Assembly: GCA_030295235.1 (NCBI GenBank)
Contig: AP026137.1
Span: 744,001-808,000, forward strand
From: Fistulifera solaris
Lineage: Eukaryota
Direction of reading: 5' to 3'
Length of the DNA: 64,000 nucleotides
Each line of letters starts with the position of its first letter. Position 1 is the first letter of the stretch. Both the position numbers and the translations under genes were made by a program. Shown here one piece after another: positions 26,095 to 38,533 of this stretch. The notes below the pieces were generated by a model. The model saw only the letters and a list, made by a program, of their open reading frames with translations, did not search any database and was not told the origin of the DNA.

Positions 26095-27725
26095 CTAATC
26101 TTGCGTACTGAGCTGCATGTATTCCGTCAAGACTCCACGATGACCTCCATCGCCGCCAGCAAACGCATGTCGTGGAAGATCGTTGCGCTGTTGAACAAAA
26201 TAATTCCATCCTGCATAAATGCATCCACCAAGTAGGATAAGGAAAAAAGTCCATTTCAAAAAGTGCAAAAACGGATGTCGTCGAGGACGCGGAGCCGAGT
26301 GTTTCTTCTTTTCTTCTTCTTCGTGTCTATGTTTGCGCGCGGCCTCGCAAGAGCCAAGTTCCACACAACCGGCGACATCGCTTGTACACCAAGAACACGA
26401 ATAACACACTGGTGGCGTGACGTTGAAGGCCATGTTCTGGCAAATGTTCTCAAACAACGTGTTGGCTGTCAAAACACTTTCGTAAAGCACGGAATCAACC
26501 GCCATGGCAGGGTATTGAAGAATTTCGTTACTTTCCCGTGAATGCATAGCTCGATCCAGCTTCGAATTGGTAGCGTTAGAGTCCACAGATCCGGACTCTT
26601 CCATGCACTTCTCAATAGCTTTCTCATTAAACCCAGCCTGTTTCAGTACCTCGCTGATACACTTCGGATCAGAAAATCGTGTTGTAGGTTTCTCGGTTTG
26701 GTGCTGATCGTCGAAATTATGGTAACACTGGTGCTGAAAGCGTTGAGCGTAGTCGAAGAACTTTTCATGCTCTTTCGTTTCCCAGAGACATTGCCGGCGC
26801 AACGATTCGATCACACTATCGCGTCCCGTAATATTCTTTTCAATATCCGCCGGATTGCAGTAGCGTCCGTGGTTGGTACAATGTGTTGTGCACGACAAAT
26901 CGGGAGTGTTGGCATTGCATCGCCAGCCTTTGTATCCGTTGATGATGTAAGGATGCCAATGAAGTTCGGCGTGTTGCTTCAATTCAGGGTAAACTTTTCC
27001 CCACTCCCACAGCCAGTAACGTGAATACATATCCGTTGGCGAAGTCCAAACTTCGTACGATGACATCTGATAGTCGACATAATCCAGACGAAGCTCCATC
27101 ATCACATGTTGATTATCGTGACGCAAAGCCTTGACGATCTTATCACCAGCCGACTTTCGTACTAGCACCGTGTGGATCGCAATATCGCCACCGGATCCAT
27201 TATCTTTCAACGAGGGATCATATTCCTCACACTGCTGTCCTTCTTCTTTCTCACAATCCGTATCTGTGCAAAGACATTCCGTATCGACGAGAAAGAGGGC
27301 CGCCGCTCCTAAATTCTGCGCCGTTCTCGCTTGACGCACGGCGCTGCAGTCCCGAGCAAAGTGCGCCACGAGAAAGAACGGAGTCGAAGGTTTCCATGGC
27401 AAATCCTCCTTTTCGGGGTCCGGGTGCACGCGTGTGGCGTTCATGTAATCGAGCGACTCGCATAGATGCAATCCGTAAAAGTAAGCCGGTAACAACGTAT
27501 TTCCCATGGATGACGCTTTCCCTATGGGTGACAGAACATGTGACATTTCGACATTCGACAAGTGATTTGGCGACTGAGGAACGAAGCACACGAAGTGAGC
27601 AAGAGAAAGAGAGTTCTTATATTTATCAATTCATTCGTGATTTGACGTACATGGATCAACAGCTTGCTGATTGTTGCCGAAGACACGAAAAGCGGCGCAA
27701 GCGACAAAAACAGCAGCCAGTTCAT
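26095..27725 (-). CDS. Vacuolar sorting receptor-like protein (PA domain, VSR Trx-like domain, TM, YMQL tail)
   Basis: Signal peptide, CTNHGRYC, VIESLRRQC, TM helix, YxxL sorting motif. Intron 27574-27650. Confidence 0.85.
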
Positions 27726-28015
27726 TTTGAGAAGGATATGTTAGAGATTATCGTGTCTATGGTAAGGAAGCGTTTACTTTGCCTTAGATTTAAATGCATT
27801 GAATGAATTCATCGAACACGATGAACAAAAAAAACGCGGCGTATCTTGGTTCTCTGCGAAAGTGTTTATATTGCGTCACATGACAACGCAGCGCCTAGCT
27901 ATTTGAAACGCGTGATTTTGTCCGTAAGGTATTCGATTGTATCAGCTAAACTTACTGTAGAGGCCAAGTAAAAGCTCTGTTTTCACCATAGTCCCGAAGT
28001 ATCAGCTCAAATTTT

Positions 28016-28268
28016 CCAAGACTAGAAGTGAGTCATGAACCAATGTTCTTCCGAGCAAGACTGCTACCTAACGTTCACTGCTTGGGCCAACATACCAAGA
28101 GCTATTGGCTCATCTTATGGTCTTATAAATAATACAGACAACATTTTCAACACAGATGCGATTCGTAACGTCGCCAAAACTTGTGAATCGCTGGTTGACT
28201 GATTGACGATATGCCCAAAGTGTTATCCGTTTTTCGCCACGACTGTAAGTACTTGAGTCATGAATCAA
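28016..28268 (-). repeat. Copy of the dispersed hairpin-led intergenic element (more than one unit)
   Basis: The reverse complement aligns with 52722-52942 (e.g. gcgacgttacgaatcgca; tggttcatgactcact...agtcttgg). Confidence 0.85.
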
Positions 28269-28484
28269 GTTTTCTCGTTCTCGTGTGTCATTGTTAAGGA
28301 TTATTCATTCATTCGTCATAGATGCCAATAAAGATTAGCAAAAGAACAAAAAATCTCATCAACCTTTCTATTATTTTTTAAGAAGACAAATGTATAAATC
28401 TAGCGTCTTTAACAAATCGACATCAAAAGATTTCGTGACTAAAGGCACGTCACAACAAAACCAAACAAAGAAAAATCCGAGCGT

Positions 28485-30960
28485 TCACTCGGCCATTGCC
28501 GACTGCTTTGTTAGCTGCGTTTCGTCAAACTGCTTCGGGGCTTCTTGTTCGTCCACCATAGCAATATCCTTCTCATAGGGCTCAAGCCAGGGAAGTGTGA
28601 ACAGCGGTGCGCCCATGCAGTTCTCCAACATTTGGACGAGCGCAAAGACAAAGATGGACCCGACAAAAGCAGAAAGAGAATCTACACCAGTGTAGTCCTC
28701 GTACTGCTCTTGCACACAGGGTTCCACAGCGGGATCCCAAAGATTCGTCACATTCTCGTCAAAGAACGGAGGGAAAAGCGAACTGGCAGCAGTGCCGTAA
28801 TCGTAGAACTCGGGCTTGTCGAACGGATAAATATAAAAGCCGTCTTTAGGAAGAACGAATTGGAGGGTGGTGCGCGCAATGGCGCCAAACAGGACGGAAC
28901 AAAGAGCAGCCCGAGGACTGGGATTGTTGACGTAGAAGCAAGCGACGAGTGAAGGGACCACCGTTGCGAGGACGATATCAAAGGCAACAATGAGAAGACC
29001 GCCCGTTTCACCCGCAGCGCCGTCGTTCGATCTGTAAAATGATGCAATACATGCTGAAGTAATTGTGAATGGCACTGTCGCAATTCGAGCGGCCATAAGC
29101 AAGTTTTTGCTGGTGATCAAACCGGGGAAGAATGGATCCAGTTGCCGGACAACATTATGAGAAAAGACAGTACCCATGGCTAGAATGGCTCCATCAGCAG
29201 TCGACATGGATGCTGCCACGATACCGATTAAGCCCCAAGCGCCCAGAACAGGCGGTGCGTCGCGCGTCAAAAGCTTCATAAAAGCTTTCTTATCAGGAAC
29301 CCAGGCTCCGCACGTCGGTAGGCCCAAAATCTCGGAACAAGAGTCAGCCTCAAATTCAGCATAGACAGAGTCAGGGCCGTAGTCTGTCCAAGTGAAAATT
29401 TTTTGTGAGTAAAAAGATGAATTTGGATAAAGTCGTGTTCTGTTCTTGACTTACGGTATCTAGTGATTGCTCCCAGGTAAGAAAAGGGAACACCTATGAA
29501 AATTGTGAAGAGGCCGCCAAGGAAACAAGCACGCTGCGCCGCAGAGGGATTTTTGGCGGCCATGCAACGAACTTGGAAGTCGAGAGCACCCACTAAAACA
29601 AATACGTGAGCGAGCAGCGTGGCGTGCCTTACTACATAGCATACAGATCGATGACTTACAATTTCCGAACATGAGAATAAAGATGGTGCACCAGTTCCAA
29701 AAGATGCCGTTTGGAAAGGGAGAAAGCGCCTGCGAATCGGTCATTTGATTGGAGAAAACAGGCTTGTCGCCGAATGGATACGCTCCGTTCTGAAATGAAA
29801 TTGTAACGTGAGATTCAACTCACCGCGAAACTAACTTTATACCATCGACGTGAAACTTACATCAGCTCGACAGTTCTCTCCGTTTGCATCGCACCACTTC
29901 GCAGCGTTATAACAACAGCCATCGACGTTCGTGCAAGGGACACCGTCGTACATTTGACACGATGCTTCGTCGGGGTAGACGTACCCAGGAAACCCAATCG
30001 AAACGGGAGGCGCGCTCTGTTCGGCATTGACGATGAACCAGTAGGTCACAACGATAATTCCTGTATCATCCGAAAGTGAGATGACGAAATGCTTTAAACT
30101 TATTATAAATGAAAAAATGCGAACTTACCTGTCCACCCCAATCCGCATTGCAAGATATCCGTGTAGGCAATAGAGAAAAGTCCTCCGCTTACTGTGTAAC
30201 CCCACACGATGGCGGCACCTAGCCAGATGGCGTGTCTATCGGGAATATCCCACACGTAGGCGGTGATGACGCCGATTCCGACCAGGTTACCGGCGAGAAG
30301 CATGAGAAAGGAACAGATGGTGGCACCCGAGGTCAGAAGCTCGACAATTTTCCCATATCGTCTTCCAAGTACATCTGGAAGAGTCAAAGCTCTTTCAGCG
30401 TTCATCCCTTTGCGAGCAGAAGACCGTTCAGAATGAGAGAACATCCAAGACCGATGGGAATTGCCGCTCCGTCGTAAAAGTGATACTTGTAGGATAGATC
30501 GACATTACCCAACAAAGAGTTTGAATCGATCGACTGTGCGCCAAGTGTGATTGCGACAATCCACAAGGGAAGAGAATGACCAGCAACAAAGTAGTTTTCG
30601 GCTTCGCCTTTGACCAAAAAAATACGTCATGATGCCGCAAGAAAAAGATATAGCGATAGATATTCCGACAGCAATGGCAAAGCCAAAACTAGGCTCTGAC
30701 GAAAGGGAAATGGAACAAAGAGAGGCGTGAGTGGTAGTTTCTTATTCATATCGAAGCAATCTCAAAGCGCACTTACTGCCGACGGGCTCGGGGCACGGAA
30801 TGCCGCACACATCATTTTGACAGCAAGAATCGGCGGCAGGAATGGGCCCTCCAACAATGGCTTCGAACTCTGCATTCAGTTCGGGATCAGCAATGCAGTC
30901 GGCTGCAACTTTAGCGGCACAAAACACTCCAGTGAGTGCTGCCACGACAAAAGAACGCAT
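28485..30960 (-). CDS. Sodium:solute symporter (SSS/SLC5, CHT1-like), copy 1
   Basis: NYFVAGHSLPLW, TLPDVLGRRYG, YTVSGGLFSIAYTD, AASMSTADGAILA. Multi-exon, with an N-terminal signal peptide and Cys-rich segment. Confidence 0.9.
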
Positions 30961-31300
30961 GATGAACAGATTATCTCAGATGTTTGTCATGCAAAAAAGA
31001 TCGATAAGAGTTGCTCCGCTCCGTAAAAAGTAAAAAGAACAAGATCGTTTGGATGTGATAACCTCGCGTCACAACCAGGGGCCATCATCGTCCCAACTTC
31101 CGCTCAAAAGAGCGGAAGTTTCAAACTTCGCGATCTTTAATGCATGTTTAATGAGGCAACTTGTGTACTGCCATCAAGTAGCGGGAAATTTCTGTATAGT
31201 CGGAAAGAGTAGAAACTTGAAGGTTTTCTGAGTACCAAAGTAACTTCAAACTTCGACGGAATTCCAGAAAACGTTGCTCACATTTTGTAACCTTATTATA

Positions 31301-31733
31301 TCCCAACCCCAAAAAAAGGTAGAACGTTCTACTTTTTTTCTGTCACGAATAGCGGTCGACTGAAGGATGGTAGAACGATTCTACCATTTTTTCGCGTAGA
31401 AATGTACCAGACCTGTACGTAGACGAAATACACAAAAAATCAAAAATGTTTTTTCTCATTTATAAAAGCAACATCATATTTCTCTTTGTCATGCATGAAA
31501 GGATGTTTATTTTAACTTTTGAAAAAAGCAAAGAATCACCTAAAAACAACATTTTAAATATACGGCAAAAGGGTTAAGGTTATTTATTGAGGAGTTTCAC
31601 CCTGGATTACACGTATTTTGTACGGTAAAAAAAGGTAGAAAGTTCTGCGATTTTTTCCAGTACCAGAAAATTTTTTTCTACAGGGTTTCTACGGCCGGAG
31701 GTAGAATATTCTACTATTTTTTTAGGGTTGGGA
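31301..31733. mobile_element. Non-autonomous TIR element (MITE), TA target-site duplication, Tc1/mariner-like
   Basis: TA|TCCCAACCCCAAAAAAAGGTAGAACGTTCTAC ... GTAGAATATTCTACTATTTTTTTAGGGTTGGGA|TA. AT-rich interior with no ORF. Confidence 0.85.
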
Positions 31734-32187
31734 TATCGCTTTGTCACTGAAAACTGTGGAAAACTGTACAAAGCAGTAAAAAGTGCGGGGTAACCTTACT
31801 CATAATCGGTCATACGTCACAGGTCATGAGTCGTCAAATGATTGGAAGATGAAACGTGGCGAAAATCTTACAGTATACGTCCTTAGTCCTTAGTCTTGTC
31901 GACCTCCGTCCAAGTTGATTTATCTAGAGTTTAGTTGCTGTTTGCTGTTGAGCGTATCCCATGTCAAGTGTCAAGTAGTGTCAATCAACCTTTGAGGCCA
32001 GAAACGAAAGACTCATTCCAACTTATGCTGCTACGGTGCTTTCGAATCCACAGCAAAGCTCTGCCAAGGAACAAGCTGCAGGACCAGGACAGATCATAGC
32101 CCCAACAGGACAAGCTATTGCGCTACAATAAAACGGAGCACTAAGTTCTTCGGCAGTCCATCCCATTTTGATCTAAATATACCTTTA

Positions 32188-34445
32188 TCAAGCGCTACCC
32201 CGGATAATGGACAAAGCAAAATCTTCCTGGGCTCGAAAGTCGCCCTCGTCGTCAGAAGAATCCGAGCTTGGCTGGGCATCCGTGTTTGACATAGCGCGTG
32301 CTAGCTTTGTCTCGGAATCATCTGATTCTACGGATGCATCATCGTCAAGCGTCGCAAGAGTAGCCATACCGTTTTCCGCCACCAAATCGCCTTTCTCGGC
32401 TTTCTCTTTGAGCTTCCTCTTTTTATGCTTATTGCGAATTCGTTCTTTCTCCTCTGCCTTGTCCTTTTCAAAGTTGGACACCACGCGCTCGCGAATTTTG
32501 CGCATGTATTCTGTTGCCGCAGTTTCAAGATCTTCCTTACTTTTCTGTATAGACTCTTCCGGTGCTACACTGATGAGTCCCTTGATGTCTTCTGCTTCTC
32601 CGGACTCGTTGAACTTAAAGTGTTTGTTGGGGGCATTGGTGCCGTCAATGCGGATTCTTTTGGTTTTCTCTCTTGATTTACCTCGGACAGCTTGACGGAT
32701 ATCGACTGATCGTTTAGCTTCTCAGGGTCGGTCCAGTTTTGTTCCTTCTTCGACACCAACAACTCGTCTCCGCTCTCCTCACTGTCACTGTCCACGCCTC
32801 GTTCGGTTTCAGGCGCTGTCTTGCCTTCCTTGGCCAGTCGTTTCGCTAGCTTCTCAGCCTTGATTTGCTCCTTCAGTCGCTGTAGCTTTCGATTGACATT
32901 CTTCTTTTCTCTTCTTTCTTCTCTGTCTTGAGTTTTATCCTTTAAGAATTTCAAGTCGGGCGTCGAAGAGAGACCAAGAGACTCGCTAAAGCTGTCTAGA
33001 TTCAAATCCTGCACACTGAACACCTCTTTGGATGGCATCAGATGAATGCAGCTCACGTAACTCTGATAAGCTTTCTTGGCCAAGCGCTGTAAATCAACAT
33101 TGGCAGCTACCAAAGACGCTGCTCTTTGCGTGACAACTACCGTCTTTGTGGGATTGATGCTGACTTTCTTTATGGGGACAGGAGCCGAATTCTTTGCCTG
33201 TAGCATTTCTATAAAACCTTTTTCTTCCTCTTTAGGAGTGAGAATCAAAAGTGACTTTCCGCCGTTGCGATACCGTGCCGTTCGACCAGCTCGGTGGATG
33301 TACATGTTACGATCTTCAGGGGCGTCCGCTTGAACGACCCAATCGACATTCGGAAAGTCAAGGCCTCGAGCAGCAATGTCAGTGGCAAATAAAACAGCGC
33401 GAGGTCGCTGCAGAAAATCGAAGTAGATCTGAGTGCGTTTGTGTTGAACCAGCTTTCCGTGAATCGCCATAACGGGTACCCCGGGCTGAAGCGAGCAGAA
33501 TAACTCCCACGCATGGCGGACTTGTGCGCAAGACGCCATGAATATAATCGTCTTGCATCGCAAATGTGTCTTTATGAATGAATAGATAGCATTCAACTTA
33601 TGCTCCAGCGGGACAACCACATAAGACTGTTGAAGCGAGTCCGGCGTCGATGTCTTTTCCTTGTCGTGAACTCCTAGGTACTCAGGTTTTCTTAAACTAA
33701 GCGTGGCTAAATCGGATACATCTGTCGTTTGAGTTGCCGAGAAAAGAAGTGTTTGTCGTGGACCGTCTGGTAAATAGCTAAGAATTCGAACCAACTGGTC
33801 CCGAAAGCCCATGTCAAGAATGCGGTCGGCTTCGTCCAAAACCAGAATTTTGAGTTCAGACATTTCAAAGTAAGGGGTCTGTTCTAAATGCTGCAGCAGT
33901 CGACCAGGCGTTGCAATGAAAATGTTCGTCGTGGCTACATGTTGTTGTTCCTCATGAAAATCTTTTTGCCTCCAATCAACAACCCCACCGAAAATGTGTG
34001 AAATTTCCCCGCTGCTTTGAGCACTTGAAATATCTGCACTGCCAACTCTCGTGTAGGAGATAATATGGCCGCACCCGGGCCATCCGCTGGCGTAAATCGG
34101 TGACGAAACAAACATTCGAGCACAGGCACGACGAACGCCAAGGTTTTTCCGCTTCCCGTCCTCGCGGCACCCAAAATATCGCGTCCAGCCAAAGCGTGTG
34201 GTATACAAGCATTCTGGATAGCAGTCATTGTAGTGTAAGGCGTTTTACACGCTTCTAAGCCTTGCAACGTCTTTTTCTGAAATAGGAAGGGCCCGAAACG
34301 CCATGGTCTGATTCAAGGGAGGAGCATAACCGCAAGCGGGCGCTTCCTCGACAACTCGCTTGCTCAACGAAGCGATTTCTTCTTCGAGCTGCTGCTTCGA
34401 CTCGGCTTTTCGCTTAGAATAGTTTCCTGTCTTTTTCTTCGCCAT
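32188..34445 (-). CDS. DDX10: DEAD-box RNA helicase DBP4/DDX10
   Basis: AARTGSGKTLAF, SPTRELA, LDEADRILDMGF, FSAT, ARGLDF, HRAGRTARY. Three frameshifts. Confidence 0.93.
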
Positions 34446-34812
34446 GATACTCGTTACTTATAAAATAATATGGTCAAGGACGAACTTGAAATGCAAAGAA
34501 AATGAAATGTGCTCGACTGTTTTTTACTACGTGGTTGGCTGGAAAAGACGGCTCGACGATGGCCAGACCGACATGACTGAAAGGCAAAGCAGTCGTGAAC
34601 CCTAGAACCTACACTTCGTTCTATAGTAAATTTCGCAAGGATCACTAAAGCGATACGTTTATTGCAAATGAGAGATAATGCCTATGAGTAATCAAAGGCT
34701 TACTGCAAAAACACTTCACTAAACCATCGTCTTAATTTCATAACATCATTGAATCGGCGACCAAAGACCCGCACGACATAACTATCAAACCACAGATGAT
34801 GAGTAGTCATCC

Positions 34813-37302
34813 TTACTCGTTCGAATCCGACTGCTTTGTTTTCTGTGTTTCATCGATCTGCTTAGAAGCTTCCTCTTCGCCCTCCATCGTAATGTCTTTG
34901 TCATACGGTTCAAGCCAAGAAAGCGTAAAAGTGGCTCACCCATGCTATTCTCTAACATTTGTACCAGCGCAAACACGATGACCGATCCAACAAATGCAGC
35001 AACCGAATCGACACCAGTATAGTCTTTGAACTGCTCCTGCACACAAGGTTCCACCGCGGGATCCCAAAGATTAGTAACGTTCTCGTCGAAGAAAGGGGGG
35101 AAAAGAGAGCTGGCAGCAGTACCATAGTCGTAGAACTCAGGCTTGTTGAACGGAAGGAGTAGCAATCCGTCTTTGGGCAGAACAAACTCAAGGACAATGC
35201 GGGCAGTAGCGCCAGTGAGAATGGAGCAGAGGGCGGCTCTGGGACTGGGATTGTTGACGTAAAAGCAAGCGAAGATTGCAGGGACCACTGTGGCGAGAAC
35301 GATATCAAAGGCAACAATGAGTAAGTACCCGGTGGCCCCTGCGGCACTATCGCTCGATTTGTAAAACGAGGCGATACAAGCTGAAGTTATCGTGAAAGGA
35401 ACGGTGGCCAATCGAGCGGCTAAAAGTAAGTTTTCTCTCGTTATAAGACCGGGAATGAATGCATCCAATTGCCGGAGCACATTATGAGAGAAAACGGTAC
35501 CCATAGCTAGAATTGCTCCATCGGCGGTCGACATAGATGCTGCAACGATTCCGATTAGACCCCATGCTCCCAGAAAGGGCGGTGCCTCGTGTGTCAAAAG
35601 CTTAATAAAAGCCTTGTCGTCAGGAAGCCAAGCACCGCAAGTAGGAAGGCCTAAAATTTCAGAACAAGAATCTGCTTCGAATTCAGCGTGTACGGAGTCA
35701 GGACCATAGTCTGCTCAAAGGAAGTCAAGGTGAGTAAGAATGTTTGTTGAAAGATTATATGGATAATCCAATCGTAGCTTACAATATCTTGTAATAGCTC
35801 CTAAATAGCCAAAAGGAACACCAATAAAGAACGTAAACAAACCTCCAATAAAGCACCCAATTTGCGCCGTCCTAGGACTGTTGGCGGCCATGCAGCGGAC
35901 TTGGAAGTCGAGCGCACCAACTAAATCGTAAATGTGTTAGACAGACGAGGTTGGGTGCAACCATTGATCCTTGGACCGAAAGATCTGGTATACATGAAAA
36001 GTACTTACTGTTTCCAACGGTGAGAATGAAAATGGTGCACCAGTTCCAAAAAAATTGCGTTTGGAAAAGGCGTAAGTGCTTGCGGGTCGGTCATTTGGTT
36101 GGAAAAAACAGGCCTGTCGCCGAATGGATACGCTCCGTTCTGATATCAAAATCGTAAGATGAGTTGAACTTACCGCGAAACTTTCCGTACTCGACGTGAA
36201 ACTTACATCAGCTCGGCAGTTCTCTCCGTTTACATCACACCACTTCGCAGCGTTGTAGCAGCAGCCATCGACGTTTGTGCAAGGGACACCATCATACATT
36301 TGGCACGATGCTTCGTCGGGGTATACGTATCCAGGAAACCCAATCGAAACGGGAGGTGAGTTTTGTTCGGCATTGGCGATGAACCAGTAGGCAACAATGA
36401 TACATCCTGTTAAACGTGTAAGTGAGATCAAGTGCGTAACGTAAGTTCTAATCACGACAATTCGCCATCGTACCTGACCAACCAAACACACCCTGAACGA
36501 CATCTGTGTACGCGACAGAGAAAAGTCCTCCGCTTACTGTGTAAGCCCAAACTATAGCCGCGGCCAGCCAGATTGCTACTGTATCGGAAATGTTCCACAC
36601 GTAGGCAGTGATGACGCCAATTCCGACCAGGTTGCCAGCGAGGAGCATCAGAAAGGAACAAAGGGTGGCCCCCGAAACGAGAAGCTCCACGATCTTTCCG
36701 TAGCGCCTCGCAAGAACATCCGGGAGAGTCAAAGCTTTTTCTGCGTTCATCTTTCTAGCAAACAAGAGAGCGTTAAGAATGAGGGAGCATCCAAGACCGA
36801 TAGGAATGCATGCTCCATCATAAAAATGATATTTGTAAGACAGATCAACATTGCCCAAGAGAGTATTCGAATCAATCGACTGTGCGCCAAGTGTCATGGC
36901 GACGATCCACAAGGGAAGAGAATGGCCGGCAACAAAGTAGTTCTCGGCCTCACCGTCGACAAAAAAGTACGACAAAACGCCAATCGCAAATGATAGAATA
37001 ATAGACGCTCCGACAGCGATGGCAAAGCCAACACTCGGATCTACAGGAGAAAGACTTTATGAGTGAGAGTCGTCCTTTTTCTCACTAGAAATATCACGGC
37101 GTGTCGATGCATACGTACCGCTGACGGGCTCCGGACACGGAATAGCGCACACATCGTTTTGACAGCAAGAATCGGCAGCCGGGATGGGGCCTCCTACAAT
37201 GGCTTCGAATTCTGCATTTAGATCGGGATCAGCAATGCAGTCGGCTGCAACTTTCGCAGCACAAAACACTCCAGTGAGTGCTGCCAAAAGAAAAGGACGC
37301 AT
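34813..37302 (-). CDS. Sodium:solute symporter (SSS/SLC5, CHT1-like), copy 2
   Basis: Paralog of 28485-30960 with the same motifs and matching intron positions. Confidence 0.9.
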
Positions 37303-37960
37303 AATTTTATCTTCTAGGGAGTAATACTTTTCAAGCTTTGCACATCCAATGAATGACGAAGGATAAGAACAAAATGAACGATGATGTGCGCAGATCACAA
37401 CACAATCTCGTCATTCATCCTCATCTTCCCATCTTCTCGGACGGAACTTGCAAAGTTCGCAGATGAAGACATTTGTATAAGCTTATACTGTAGTACCGCA
37501 AAGGCTTTCTGTCTGTACCCTCGAAGTTGAAGAACGACAGAATTCCTAGACGCTGTACTTCGTGTTCCTTACTTCGATCCGTGTTGGCTATCGCACCGCA
37601 CCGAGAATCCGGGTTCAAATTAAGAAGTTGTACTGTAATACTGGCAGCATGGTCAGTAAAGCATGATATTGTCGCTCATTATTCTCGTTCTGTAAGCAGT
37701 TCTTTCCTTCCTTTTTATGAACAATTTTATCAGCAAGTATTTGCAATAAACAACGTTCTGCTAAATTCAAAAGAAGAAAGGAAACACGCTGTTTGTTTTT
37801 TGTGTTGTCGTTGTTGCAAATGATTTTTTGACGCGACACGGCGGCAAACGCGACGGACAAGGGAAATTGTGGAATCCTTAATCTTACTCGGGTTGAGCGA
37901 TTAGCAATATACCTTTTCTCTTTTTATTATTCTTCATTATTTCTCATTTCATTCTACAAA

Positions 37961-38482
37961 ATGATGTATTCTCAACCAGAACGGAAGCAATCGATGGGCA
38001 TGCTAGCTAAAGCAGCAAAATCTCCGTCACGGTCTACCCTTTCCATATTCTTGTTGGGTCTTCTAGTCGGGTTACTATTTCCGCGCAATCTTTCGGTGAA
38101 ACCAAGCGTCACTTCCATGCCTCACGGAGTCTTACTTCATCTTTCCGACATTCCGTTTCGACCAACATCACATGTAGATGACCACGGTCAAGCCATTATG
38201 AAGCAGCAATTTATAGAACCCTTTGCGATCCCTCGCATGACGGGGTTTTCCGTGGCTACTTTTCGTCCGGGTCAGACGGTAAAATCGCATGCACACGAAA
38301 ATATGGTGGAAATCTTTTACGTCTTATCCGGAACCGGCTACGTGAAAATCGATGAGAAGGTGACGAGTTTAACGACGGGGCATTTCTTTGCAGTCGTTCC
38401 GGGTGAATCGCATAGTTTATGGGTGGACGAGTCGGAAACACAAGATATGCAAGTTGCGCTTTACGGTGTGATTGTCGAGTAA
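37961..38482 (+). CDS. Membrane-anchored cupin-domain protein
   Basis: N-terminal hydrophobic helix. Cupin metal motifs HAHENMVEIFYVLSGTG and PGESH. Confidence 0.8.
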   Translation: MMYSQPERKQSMGMLAKAAKSPSRSTLSIFLLGLLVGLLFPRNLSVKPSVTSMPHGVLLHLSDIPFRPTSHVDDHGQAIMKQQFIEPFAIPRMTGFSVATFRPGQTVKSHAHENMVEIFYVLSGTGYVKIDEKVTSLTTGHFFAVVPGESHSLWVDESETQDMQVALYGVIVE

Positions 38483-38533
38483 TCAATGTATTGTTAACAT
38501 ATGCATCATCAATTTACCTAGAGTCAGACTAGT

